A stretch of 64,000 nucleotides of DNA from Octopus sinensis (GCF_006345805.1 NC_043002.1:70122001-70186000); one strand, 5' to 3'; shown: positions 25,676-38,730, numbered from the stretch's first letter. Notes: generated by a model from the sequence alone, not told the origin. Numbers and translations: made by a program.

Positions 25676-27729
25676 CAGAATGCAACACTAGTTGGTCTGG
25701 ACTGTTAAAGTGAGCAGATGTGAGTTTCGGCTCCGCGAATAGATAAAAAAAGAACAAAACGAAAAATTGTCAATTATGGCTCGCTATAGTGAGCAAAATA
25801 CTGGGTTCTCATCACCGTAACGGTGAATTGAGAATTTTTTGAAAATTCTTCTTGTGAATTCTAGTGGGCGTATCTCGCCAGAAAAATAAGAATAAGCATT
25901 TGGATTACCTTTTTGGAGTATTATACAAAGGATTCCCTGTCTGTGCTATTTGTGAGGTTTTTCTTTTACTTTTCCCTTCTTCTATTATTTCCTTCTTTCT
26001 AAATTTTGGTTCATTCTTTTCATTAATTTAATTTCAGTTTCCTCCCCTCCTCCTTTATTTTGTTTTATTTTTATTCGGTTTAATTTTTTGGCAGACTGTC
26101 TTTTGAACTACTTTTGAACTGTTTTTTGACATAGCAGAGAAGGAACTTAAAAAGAAAAACCCTGTCTTAGAGTGGGAAATTAACCCGCCTAAGCAATGGT
26201 TAAAAGATATGGAGGAGAAGACGGTGGTACTTAGAACGTATTCTAAAGTTCTTAATTCCATCACCGTCTTCCCAAAACAAGTCATAAAGAATGAACTTAA
26301 AGAACATTTTTCCTCTGTAAAATATATATCCCGCGGTGTCAAACATGCAACCGTACGGTTGCTGTTTGACAACGGGGAAAAGGCTCGCCAGTTTGCGAGT
26401 TAGCCTTTACAAGGCAACGGAATTCTTTTTCTCCCGTCATATTATGGAACAAAATTAATACGAGCCTGGATATGTGTGCTCCCCCGGGAACCGAAGCGGA
26501 TTGGATTGAAGATACCATCCGACGGGGACTGGGAGATAGCGGGTCCAGGCTCTTAAATGTAAGAGTATTGCCGGCGGTCGATTGTGAAAGGTCAAAAGCG
26601 ATTTTGACCCTGTGGACCCCATCGGCCGCAAGAGAACTGGTTTTTCCAGACTTCTTGAAAATGGCTGGCTACAGGTATCCGGTGATACTTGAGGGACGTC
26701 CCCCAAAATGTCACACGTGCCTGCAGCCAGGCCACATTAAAAGGAACTGCCCTCAGGACCATGGTAACGTCCTGGAACAGTCACCAGATGCCACCTCCCC
26801 TACCCGGTCAAAAGGAGAGGTGGATGTGGTCGAGGAGGCTTCAGCCTCCTCAACTCAAAAAGGATTAAAAAGGAAGAAGGCGGGCAACAATAGTTGCCCG
26901 CCGAAGGAACCTAAGGCTTCGGGAGGCGGGGGAGAGTCTCCGGACAAAGCGGAAGGGCTCCACTCCCCCGAAGCCAGGTAGAAAAGAAAAAAAAGAAGAA
27001 AGAAGAACGGGTCATCTCAGCGGGGAGATGATGTGCCGACTGCATGTCCCGAAGTTGTGCCACCTACGGTGGAAGAAACCACCCCCACCCTTAAAGATGA
27101 TCAATTAATTATCTTTTTCTACAAGGGCGGAGAGGTGGAAAAAATAGTAGAAGAACATAAAGAAACATTAGATATGCCCTTCACACGGGATCCCGAATGG
27201 CCTCCGCAGATAGCTGTGGAGGTCATAAGGTTTCCCTTGTGGGAAAGGCTTAAAGGATTTGGGGAGGAGTGTCGCATTGGCCGGGTGGCCCTTACACGAC
27301 TTACATGTCTTACATGAGTGAGGCATGGGAAATGGCGGGATACAGGAACTCAAGCGGCATCGAAGATAATAATGAATATATCGATGGATATATCGAAGAG
27401 TAGGGGGTGAAAGACCCTCGTTACAGGGTTTGAAACCTCATCTTATTGGATTATTTTGTAGTGGTTTATAACCTCAATTTTGTGCTTTAAGGAAGAAAGA
27501 AAAAAAAAAGAACATGTTAAGTAAGAGGTTTTAGTGCCTTCACCTTGTAAGAGGTTTGAAACCTCATATTGATTTAAAAAAAAAAGAAAATATGTTTGCG
27601 AGAAAAATCCAATCGGCGGGTGTTGGGTTTCGTCTCTCATCTATTCATTATAATTCATTTTCATTCATTAATGTGTTTGTCCAGCCCGCAAAGCGCTTTG
27701 TACTGTCTATATGACAAATTTATGAAATA
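25676..27729 (+). mobile_element. ORF1-only (half-LINE) Tx1/L1-type non-autonomous retroelement
   Basis: 5' UTR, gag-like ORF1, about 410-bp 3' region without endonuclease or RT similarity, A-rich end (gaaataaa), 16-bp TSD. Confidence 0.85.
26110..27317 (+). pseudogene. ORF1 (gag-like, CCHC zinc knuckle) with two stops and one frameshift
   Basis: CHTCLQPGHIKRNC; VRLLFDNGEKARQFAS.PLQGNGILFLPSYYG aligns with VVRFPNEEVAKAHSTESLQNDEIIMIPYYKG of the Tx1 ORF1 at 41947. Confidence 0.85.
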
Positions 27730-28099
27730 AAGTAGCTTGCTTACCAACCACATGGTTCCGGGTTCAGTCCCACTGTGTGGGTCCTTGGGCAAGTGTCTTC
27801 TACTATAGTCTCGAGCCGATGAAAGCCTTGTGAGTGGATTTGGTAGACGGAAACTGAAAGAAGCCAGTCGTATATATGTATATATATATATATATGTGTG
27901 GTGTGTGTTATATGTTTGCGTGTCTGTGCTTGTCCCTCCAACATCACTTGACGACCTATGCTGTTGTGTTTATGTTCCCGTAACTTAGCGGTTCGCCCCC
28001 CCCCGATAGAATAAGTACTAGGCTTACAAAGAATAAGTCGATTTACTCGACTAAAGGCGGTGCTCCAGCATGGCCGCAGTCAAATGACTGAAAGAAGTA

Positions 28100-28130
<31 letters not shown>

Positions 28131-28447
28131 ATATGTGTGTGTGTGTGTGGTGTGTGTGTGTGTGTGTGTATAAATATACACGCACACGCATACATATATA
28201 TGTGAATTAATGTAAATATATATACACAATGTTCATCACCAACTGTAATATGTGAGATATCCTGACAAGAAATGTAACCTGACATGCGTATATAAGTTTA
28301 CGAAACATTAAAGTATCTGGTTCATAGCTATTATTGCGAACACACTAACATATCTCTTAACATAGCATGCTAAATTCAGGGAGATTTTCGCCTGTGGTGA
28401 AATATTTCTGAATGATTTAGTATCAGAAAGACCAAACAAAGAGAAGG

Positions 28448-28530
28448 CATGGCTGTGTGATAAAGAAGTCTGCTTCCCAACCACATGATTCTGGGTTCAG
28501 TCCCATTGTGTGGCACCTTGAGCAAGAGTT
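28448..28530 (+). mobile_element. SINE family A-like head fragment
   Basis: tggctgtgtgataaagaagtctgcttcccaaccacatgattctgggttcagtccc. Confidence 0.75.
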
Positions 28531-28572
28531 GGCTGTATTTATATATATCTGCCTATCTGCCTGTCTGTCTGT

Positions 28573-28647
<75 letters not shown>

Positions 28648-29881
28648 CCTACCTACCTACATACCTACCTACCTACCTATCTACCTATCTACCTATCTAT
28701 CTATCTAAATTAATAAATGCGCACACACATCTATTCACAAAATTCTGGTCGATCTGTGCCTAATATAGAACTCCACTAAAAGTACCCAAAGACCAAGCGG
28801 TGGTATTGAAGTATCATAGCAGTAGTTTTCAAGGATCAGATGGCGTTAAATTCAAAATTTCAGAATGTAAAGAGCTAACGCTCAGACGATTCTCACAGTC
28901 CACATTCCTGGACTTTTATCGATCTCGAAAGGAGGAAAGATAATTTGAACCTAGAGTGCAAAGTAGTGTTTCAGACACAGGAGGCACAATTCATTTGCTC
29001 TTTTTGTCTCTTTTTCATCTTTCAGCATTTGAGAAAAATATTAAATCAGCAATCCTTTCGACCAACGCAAGAATAAACAAACAAAATAAGGAACAAACCA
29101 AAAACTATAAAACAAAAATATCAAAACAAAACGAAAAGCAGCCTTTCTGCCATTTCCTCTAAGACAAAGATTTAATTTCTTTTACTAATTAGTAAAAATA
29201 TGTCCTGCAGATAAAACAAAAAGGTAACTAATACAAAAAAGGTAAATATATAAAAAGAATGAAATAACCAAACGAAAACACATATAAAATTGTTATATAT
29301 CTAAAACAATAACAAGAACAATAATAATAATATAATCAACAAAACAACAAAAGCAAATGCAAAAACAACAGGGAGAATAACAACACGGATGTCTTCCTTA
29401 ACGACGACTATAGCAAATTAAAGCAAGAGCGAGTATGAAAATAACCAGGATAACAAGAAAAATGGTAGGGGGGAAATAACTGTAAAATGTAAACAAACAT
29501 TATAATAAATGCTGAAATTATAACAAAAACAACGCCCTTCTTCCTCATTACTTTCAGGAAAGATTAGCCAAAGAACAGGAATTGTGCGCCGAATCATCAT
29601 CATCATCATCATCGTTGCGTCGTGGTTGTCGTTATAAGCATCATCAACAACATAAAGATCTATAGAAACTACAATAACGATAACTGATGGTGTTACTACA
29701 ACAACAACAACAACAACAGCAACAACAAAGAAAGATAAAAGTCGTCAGCTACTAGAAAAAAAAAGTAAAATAAACGTTACAAGAATAGGAGGAAAGAAGA
29801 CAGAAACACGGAAGATGTGAAATAATGGTAAACGAATTGAGGGGAAGAAAGGAAGGGAGAGCGAGCGAGAGAGGGAGAGAA

Positions 29882-29935
<54 letters not shown>

Positions 29936-30266
29936 TTGAAGTGGAAAGAACAGGAGATTTCAAGAAAATTATTTAAGAATTTCCTGACAGTTTTATAATT
30001 GTTGGCAAAGCTATGTTGTAATAAATGCCCGAGGAAGAATTGAATACATAGTGTTGCTAATCTCATAGACATCTTATCGACTTGTTGGGTTCAGTGTTAT
30101 GATTTGTGATATCATTGAGCTTCCATACACACTTTATTAGAAATAATAAAAACGTCTCATTGACTAGAGACGAAGCGGCATTGCCCATAGCCTTTTATTA
30201 TTATCATCATTATCATTATCATTATTATTATCCTTATTATTATTATTAGTAGTATTATTATTATTA

Positions 30267-30900
30267 CGCCAGTGCATGCTAATTTAGTTAGCAGGTATTT
30301 TATCTTGAGTTTTGGTGAGAACAAGTCTCCTCCAATCTAGAGATTCTTTCTTTGTATTCTAGCAGATTCTGCACATCAGCAGGGTAAGTTTCATTCCCAA
30401 TTTCTTTCAGTCTTTTAGGTAGCATTTTGGGAGTTGTCCCCTGAGCACCAATTACTACAGGAATAATTGCTGTTTAGGTCTTCCACAATCTCCTCAGCAT
30501 TCTGGCTAGATCCTGATATTTCTCAATTGGTTTTCGATTGCTCTTGTATCGACTCTGCCATCATAGGGACTTGCAGAATCTTTGATTTTACTCTGGTTTT
30601 CGTGCTTCAATGGTATTGTCAGTCATACTATGTAATCATGTAATTCTCATTTTCTATCACAGCCTCTGGTTCGTGTTCATACCATTTTTATATTGTTTTG
30701 AAGACATACACTTGGCTAACATCTCGTAGTACTCTTTTACCTCGACAATCACGCCTGCGCTTATACGCTTTTTCTGTTAGTATACTGCACTCACTCAAAA
30801 TCTAATTGATACTTTCGTCTCTTTGCCTGCAGATTCTGCGTTTGCCGTCTGATTGTGTTTTGTCGATCTTTGCCTTTATCGGATTTATTCAATGGGCTTG
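30267..30900 (-). mobile_element. Decayed 3' fragment of an R4/Dong-like element with (TAA)n tail
   Basis: CRICRQRDESIN.ILSEC, WYEHEPEAVIENE, EKYQDLAR, IIPVVIGAQG across stops; tail at 30195-30266. Confidence 0.75.
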
Positions 30901-31124
30901 TTCCTGAGCGGCTATAACTAGCGTTACTGTCCATTGTTTTTCAATTTCCTGCTCGTCAACCAGAGCCAACGACCTTCATTTCCAATATCCTCGATTTGTT
31001 GCATGAAATGGCCATGCAGTTCCATATTTTCCATTTGCTTGTTCTGTTATTCTTTCTTTTCGCTTATAATTCTTTTACTGTTTCAGTCACTTTTTGGATA
31101 CCTCAGGTTGCCGATAGAATCATT

Positions 31125-31179
<55 letters not shown>

Positions 31180-31197
31180 TTCATAATCATTTCTGCT

Positions 31198-31396
31198 ATC
31201 GGCGCAAAGCCTGAAAATTGGGGTGGAGGGGGGCCAGTCAATCGACCCCAATACGCAACTGGTACTTAATTTATCGATTCCGAAAGGATGAAAGGCAAAG
31301 TCGACCTTGGCGGAATTTGAACTCAGAACGTAGTGATGGGCGAAATATTGCTAAGCATTTCGTCGAGCGTGCTAACGATACTGCCAACTCGCCGCC
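31198..31396 (-). mobile_element. SINE family B
   Basis: Reverse complement ggcggcgagttggcagtatcgttagcacg...ttctgagttcaaattcc. Confidence 0.88.
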
Positions 31397-31399
31397 GCC

Positions 31400-31404
31400 G
31401 CCGC

Positions 31405-31476
<72 letters not shown>

Positions 31477-31479
31477 AAA

Positions 31480-31514
<35 letters not shown>

Positions 31515-31600
31515 TGATGATGATGATGATGATGATGATAATAATAATAATGATGATGATAATAATGATGATGATGATGATGATGATAATAATAATAATA
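31400..31600. repeat. (AAT)n/(GAT)n compound microsatellite
   Basis: Direct reading. Confidence 0.95.
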
Positions 31601-31830
31601 TCAGAAGCCATCAAGCGGAATATAAAGGAAATTGGAATAGAATAACCAGTAGAACTGTTACAAAAGATTTGCCTCCTTGGCATGGCCAGAATAATCAGGA
31701 AAGTATTAGGTAGCTGAAAAGAACGGATAGCATGGTACCATAGGCTGTAGGAAGGAAGCCCGTTACGCATGCAAGACTCCAGGAGCTCCAACAAGACCCG
31801 TAATGATAAAGAGAAATAGCAATAATATAA
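31601..31830 (+). mobile_element. Extreme 3' fragment of an R4/Dong-like element
   Basis: IKRNIKEIGIE.PVELLQKICLLGMARIIRKVL matches IQKIALLGTAHILRRTL of the main element. Confidence 0.7.
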
Positions 31831-32040
31831 TGGAACTCATCAGGTTCCTTCCATTCATCTTTTTCACTCTTCTGGTGTATTCCACTTGATGCCTTCTGAT
31901 ATCCTCCTCCTCCTCTCCTCCTCATTATTATTATTATTATTATTATTATTTTATTATTATTATTATTATTATCAAGGAAGCTCCAATACGAACATCTGAG
32001 GGTGCTTGGATTTCAATCTGAGGATAGTGCACTCTGAGGA

Positions 32041-32669
32041 CATGTAGTGAGTGATAAAAATCAATCATCCAGTCCACATCATGGTATTTGGAGTGATCAC
32101 TTGTGATAGCGACGTTATACCTCCATTCATCTTCCCACACAGCCTCAGACTCAGCACAGAGGCCTACATTAAGTGCTTGGAGGATGTAGTGCTGCCCTCG
32201 CTCAAGAGGGTGGTTGCTGGAAGACCCTATACCTGGCAACAGGACTCTGCACCATGACACACAAGTAAGAGAACCTATTCATGGCTGTCAGACAATTGCT
32301 TCGACTACATCACCCGTAACATCTGACCACCTAAATCCTCAGACTGCAACCCCTTTGATTATTATGTGTGGGGCGCAGTTAAGCGAGAAACTAACAAAAT
32401 TCCTTGTAACACCAAAGACGAACTGAAGGCAAAAAATTTGACATAATTCACCAACTTAAACAAAGATACCATCCAGAAGAGTTGCAGGAGATTTCGAAGT
32501 CGTCCGGAGGTCGTGGTTGAAACCAATGGCAATTTTATTGAATAAGTTTACTCTTTAGTATTTCAAGATATATTTATGTAATTTTGCTAGATAAATCTGT
32601 TAAATGAGATGTCAGTGTTATTTTCATTTTTGCGTAATTTAGACGGCAATTTATTCATCACACCCTGTA
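32041..32669 (+). mobile_element. Tc1/mariner DD37D (maT) transposon 3' half with right TIR
   Basis: MVFGVI, WQQDSAP...SDCNPFDYYVWG with 37 residues counted between the second and third D; ends cacaccctg|ta. Confidence 0.88.
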
Positions 32670-33856
32670 TGTATGTATGTATGTATGTATGTATGTATGT
32701 ATGTATGTATTATGTATGTATGTATGTATGTATGTATGCATGTATGTATTATGTATGTATGTATGCATGTATATATTTTGCTGAATAGGTTCAAGTTAAA
32801 GAATATGGATTAAATAAAAGAATTGTAAGAGAAAAAGAATTATCAATCTTTTCCTTAAGAATGCGAACATTTGAAAACTTGAAATTATAAACATAATTAC
32901 TTTGTATATCAAACTAAATGCTATGCAAATAAATTGACTTTGTGAATCGTCCATAATAATACATATGGTTCTGTGTGAGTGTTCATTTGTAGTTTAATAG
33001 TTTGTAGTCAATAGAATGCAGACACAACACACGATATTATATACATACACACACACACACACATACATACATACATACATACATACATACATACATACAT
33101 ACATACATACAAATAATATATATATATATAAGCACACACACGTACACACACATGAATATACGCATGAATATTTCACTTTAATACCATTTCCTGTGTTATC
33201 AATAATAATAAAATTGAAAAATATATTATGTACGCATATGTACATAACATAGACATACATGCATATGAATCCATGCGTACTTATATGCATGCATACATAC
33301 ATATACATACATGTGCATGTGGATGCGTGTCTGTAAAATAAATCATCTCATCCACTTATAAGAATTTACAACTTATATGTGTGTAGACATACACAATTGT
33401 GTACATACGCACAATGTCGCTCGCTCGCACGTACACACACACACACATACACAACATACCTGTATATACACAGGAAAATATATAGACATAGCAGCACGGC
33501 TCATTCACCAATAATAGTCTAAATGAAAATTAAGTAGTAAATATATTGATCGTTAGTTATCCCGGCCGAAGACGTAAAGAGAGAGAGAGGGGGGAGAGGG
33601 AGAGGGGGGAGGGAGAGGGAGAGAGAAATGGAGAGAGAGAAGGAGAGGGAGAGAGAAAGGAAGAGAGAAAACTGAAAGAGGAAGAAGAAGGATGAGAGTC
33701 TCAAAAACTCTTCCCTCCTCATCACATTCGTCAGCTTCGTTACTTTTGGAAGATTTTGTTTGAAAATTATGGCAAAGACAAAATATTACCCGTCTCTCTG
33801 TCCCTTTGTTCATCAGTCTCTTTGTCTGTCCATCTTTCTCTCTGTCAGTCTTATTA

Positions 33857-33950
<94 letters not shown>

Positions 33951-34834
33951 ACACATTTAAATATAATAATATAGTATAATATATATATGTATATGTGTGT
34001 TGTGTGTGTGTGTGTGTGTGTATAATATATATGAAATTGTTCCAAATCTACGTTAATGTAGCTGTTTACCAATTCCACGAGACAATTCTACAAATCAAGA
34101 AGAATCTTAATACAATATATGTATAATATTATTGCCGAATTAAAGGAAATACTTTCGCTTTCAATTTTAACTCACTTCCTTCTTCATAAATTGTTTTTGT
34201 TTTAAGCTTTTAAACTTCCATTTGAATTTCATTTTAATTCTTTAGCATAATTATCGAAAGAATACAAAGTAGAATATTTTACCGTAGTGGAGTACATACT
34301 GACTCACATCGTTGTTGTTCTTATAATTGTTATTCATATTTTTTTAAACATCACTAGTCGACTTTGATGCAGCGCATATATTATCAACGATATTCCAGCT
34401 TCTAATATTAGGTGGCATAGTATATCTTAGACTGTATTCTTTAATGTTTCTTTCATTGTTTAAAATGGTTATGTACGTTTTGGAAGAGATTGGTTGCTAG
34501 ACCAGCAGGCCAAGCGACCACATAGATACGTCACTCGTAGACTCTACTGACAAATGGTATTGTTTTAGTACAGCCCTAGTCGAGTACCAATGACCCAAGG
34601 CTCTTTAGTCTTGAACACCCGAAATATTTTCTGAGACCGTTTCTCATCAGTATTATATTTTCCAATGTGTCCTTGTTTTTGTAAGAAGCTCTAGTAGAGA
34701 TTGAGAAAAATCTGGTTGTTATTTTTAGCATGTTCAGCCTTCAGAATGTGACCATACCTCATAGAGTATGCCAACGAAATGTGTCTGCTGATAGGAAACG
34801 ATATTGTGAAGATATATATATAACGGGAAGCTTT

Positions 34835-34990
34835 ATGAAAATAGACAAAAGACGAAGGCAGGTGGAAAACAAACAAACAATTGTATTAGTATGGCGCTCA
34901 GGAAATATAAATAAAAAAAGTCTTTAACGTTTCGAGCCTACGCTCTTCAACAGAAAGATACACAGAGAGAAATAAAAACACAGAAAGAAG
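34835..34990 (-). repeat. Repeat family E (hammerhead-like motif)
   Basis: Minus strand tctttctgttgaagagcgtaggctcgaaacgttaaagac. Confidence 0.8.
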
Positions 34991-34991
34991 G

Positions 34992-35023
<32 letters not shown>

Positions 35024-35284
35024 TATATAATATATATATATATAAATAAATAAGAAAAAAAAAATATATATATCATACACACACATACGCGCACACACAC
35101 GCACACACACACACACACACACACGTACACACGCACACTCACACGTATACACATACGCAACAAATGTACACGCACAAACACACACTCACTCACACACACT
35201 CACACATAGAATAACATATTCACTCATTCTTAATTCGTTCTGACAGGTTCGAACGTGAATATCTGATCGTTGTTTTAAACCATA

Positions 35285-35355
35285 TATTTTTGTCTGTGGA
35301 CCTCTTTAATTCCTATTCAACTCAGATGAACCCTCATAGCCATTCGATGTTTTTA
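35285..35355 (+). mobile_element. hAT-like MITE fragment (family of 57004 and 58755)
   Basis: ggacctctttaattcctatt...catagccattcgatg resembles 57030-57090. Confidence 0.55.
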
Positions 35356-36035
35356 AAATCCACAGGATATATATTTTACAGAGGACAAATGTTCTTTAAG
35401 TTCATTTTTTATGACTTGTTTTGGGAAGACGGTGATGGAATTAAGAACTTTAGAATATGTTCTAAGTGCCACCGTCTTCTCTTCTATATCTTTTAACCCT
35501 TGCTTAGGCGGATTAATTTCCCACTCTAAGACAGGGTTTTTCTTTTTAAGTTCCTTCTCTGCCGTGTCAAAAAACAGTTCAAAAGTAGTTCAAAAGACAG
35601 TCTGCCAAAAAATTAAACCGAATAAAAATAAAACAAAATAAAGGGAAGGGGAGGAAACTGAAATTAAAGTAATGAAAAGAATGAACCAAAAATTTTTAGA
35701 AAGAAAGAAATAATAGAAGGGAAAGTAAAAGAAAAATCTCACAAATAGCACAGACAGGGAATCCTTTGTATAATACTCCAAAAAGGTAATCCAAAAAGGT
35801 AATTCAAATGGCTTATTCTTCTTTTTTTTTTTGGCGAGAAACGCCCACTAGAATTCACAAGAAGAATTTTCAAAAAAATTCTCAATTCACCGTTACGGTG
35901 CTGAGAACCCAGTATTTTGCTCGTTATAGCGAGCCATAATTGCCAATTTTTCTTTTTGTTCTTTTTTTCTTTTCGCGGAGCCGAAACTCACGTCTTCTCA
36001 CCGTAACAGTCCAGACCAACTCGTGTTGCATTCTG
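35356..36035 (-). mobile_element. Second, 3'-truncated copy of the ORF1-only element
   Basis: Minus strand starts cagaatgcaacac and follows 25676-26335 with scattered substitutions. Confidence 0.92.
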
Positions 36036-36073
36036 GGTAAGCAAGCTACTTACCACACAGCGACTCCTGCGCC
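36036..36073 (-). mobile_element. SINE family A head ending at the same junction as 25675
   Basis: Minus strand ggcgcaggagtcgctgtgtggtaagtagcttgcttacc|cagaatgc. Confidence 0.92.
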
Positions 36074-36167
36074 TATAGCTACTTACCACGCAGCCACTAG
36101 AAAATTATTAGAAGATTATTAGAAAATTATTATTAGAAAATTATTATTAGAAAATTATTATTTTTAA

Positions 36168-36472
36168 ATCTCACAACGTGGGATATTCAGCAATAGTACT
36201 TTGTAGTAAAGATTGTTTGCCAACATAACATGACAGTCCTGGTTTAGGACTAATGTTGCTGTAGTTTACACAGATATTGTTTTGAGCTGAAAGGGGGTGC
36301 CAGATTCCCCTTTTCGAAATGTAAGCACACGGATTGTGTCGTATAGCCAGCTGGAGACGATGTCTCCTGGAGCTAAATTGCAGCAACGTTAGCCCTAAAC
36401 CAGGACTGCCTTGTTATGTTGGCAAACAATCTTTACTACAAGTTCCTTATTGCTTGAATTCTCGCCACCCTG
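36168..36472. mobile_element. MITE with about 100-bp imperfect TIRs (right end CAGGGTG, Tc1/maT-like)
   Basis: ttgtagtaaagattgtttgccaacataac...cctggtttagg occurs in inverted orientation at both ends. Confidence 0.8.
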
Positions 36473-37571
36473 CGTGCACTCCATGACATATCTGTTTGCC
36501 AGACACGAGCAGACAGTACAGATGAGTTATCACGCCCAAAATCCATCGCCATAGAACTCTATGAAAGACAAAACAAATCAATAAAGGAAATGATGGTTAG
36601 ACTTCTGTACGTCATTAGATTTAAGTGACAAATGCTTTTACCATTCTCTCAGTCACGTCGCCATAGAAGGCTCCAGTGACAAACATTTCAAAACGACTGG
36701 TACTAGTTTGACTGCAAGTTTTGTGTTAGAGTACTTTTCTCCTGGAACAGCTGCCCTCCCACGGCCTTGTCAAAACCAACGGGAGCCTCCTCTACTCCTG
36801 GAAAATCTATTTAATCCACAAACGAAATCCTGACGGGTACTTCTGTTCTGGCTTAGAACAGACCTGCGAATAATAGTAATTAAAGGTGACTCAACGCTTC
36901 CCACAACTCCAGAATTCCCCAACAGGAGCGTCGTTACCTGATCTACAATAATAAATGGCAAGTTTTTGTGTTTGTAAATTTGTTACTTTAACTCCTCTGA
37001 GACTATCCAACAGATCTTGGCGAAATTTGACACGTGCATGGGGCCTATGCCTATACGGTCACTTATGCACTTGGAATTAAATCAGCATCGATTTTTCAAA
37101 AATCGTAAAATTTCAGCAATTTTTTAGTGGTAGCCATCGTGACATTAATTTGACGAAAAATGCCGAAATTTGAAGAAAAATGTTTCATGGGTATAAACAG
37201 ACAGCTTATTAACGGTAATCTATTTAGCATTTGCTAAATTCTTCATTTCAATGCGAATGGTTTTGATTTGCTAAAACTTATTATTTCAATTCGTTGTTTT
37301 AATTCCCCAGCGTTTCAGGTTTTGATTAGGTAAGAGCATTTTATTTCTGAAGCAAAATTTAGGCATTTTGCGCACTAGCCGTTGTGACATGCACACAAAG
37401 GACGATGACACGAGTTCGCTACCAGACTCTGCTCATTTTTTCGTCAAATTGATCCTACTCATTAATTCAGGTTTTAAGGTTTTGAAAAATGTCGAAATTT
37501 GACGAAAAATGTTTCATGGCTATAAACAGACATTAATGGTAATTTATTACCGGGTACCTCAGCTAGTATCT

Positions 37572-37722
<151 letters not shown>

Positions 37723-37724
37723 TA

Positions 37725-37886
37725 GGCGCAGGAGTGGCTGTGTGGTAAGTAGCTTGTTTACCAACCACATGGATCCAGGTTCAGTCCCACTGCGTGGCAG
37801 CATGGGCAAGTGTCTTCTACTGTAGCGTCGGGCCGACCAAAGCCTTGTGAGTGGATTTGGTAGACGGAAACTGAAAGAAGCCCGTC

Positions 37887-37934
<48 letters not shown>

Positions 37935-38150
37935 TTGTGTGTCTGTGTTTGTCCCCCTAGCATTGCTTGACAACCGATGCTGGTGTGTTTATGTCCCCGT
38001 CACTTAGCGGTTCGGCAAAACAGACTGATAGAATAAGTACTGGGCTTACAAAGAATAAGTGCCGGGGTCGAGTTGCTCGATTAAAGGCGGTGTTCCAGCA
38101 TGGACGCAGTCAAATGACTGAAACAAATAAAAGAGTAAAAGAGTAAAAGA
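37725..38150 (+). mobile_element. SINE family A, full length
   Basis: Head, internal (TA)n(TG)n, tail with (taaaagag)n. Confidence 0.93.
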
Positions 38151-38153
38151 GAG

Positions 38154-38412
38154 ATATTATAGAGAAGACATTACTATACATAAATGCCACACGCTAGAAG
38201 GGACTCTTAAAGTCAAAACTACCAAAATAAACACGTATCGAATGCGAGGGAATGCAACTCTCGAAGCGAGCCTTCTGTTTTTAGAAGGCTCGCTTCGAGA
38301 GCTGCATTCCCTCGCACTCGGTACGATGTGTTTATTTATTTTGGTAGTTTTGACTTTAAGAGTCCCTTCTAGCGTGTGGCATTTATGTATCGTAATGCCC
38401 TCTATATAATAT
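38154..38412. mobile_element. Fold-back (palindromic) element, about 125-bp arms and 6-nt loop
   Basis: ...gaagcgagccttct gttttt agaaggctcgcttc...; arms pair out to atattata / tataatat. Confidence 0.9.
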
Positions 38413-38649
38413 AAGTAAATATATTTAAGAGAAAATTTGATGGTTATTTTTTTCTCTTATGAGGTTTTTCACGCTAACTACTTGATAAATTCTTACAAAG
38501 ATTTTATCCTGTTTTTATATTAAATATATATATATATACATACATATATATATATATACACATTCATGTATACATATATATATATACATGTCCTGAGTAT
38601 GACGTAATATATGTATAGACACACACACCTATATATTGTAGACATATTG

Positions 38650-38730
<81 letters not shown>

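Larger units (their letters stand above)
25638..28100 (+). mobile_element. SINE family A split by a 2054-bp insertion (head 25638-25675, remainder 27730-28100)
   Basis: Removing the insert and one copy of aagtagcttgcttacc restores the intact SINE A sequence seen at 49642. Confidence 0.92.

Noticed and set aside
31840-31865. Minus-strand ggaac-ctgatga-gttcc hairpin
   Set aside because: No GAAA or cleavage triplet follows; probably chance.
34628-34660. Minus-strand ctgatgagaaacggtc
   Set aside because: Core motifs are adjacent with no stem II and no stem I.
37148-37550. About 65-bp direct repeat spaced about 335 bp apart
   Set aside because: Real but likely internal to an unclassified repeat; only two units and no other structure.
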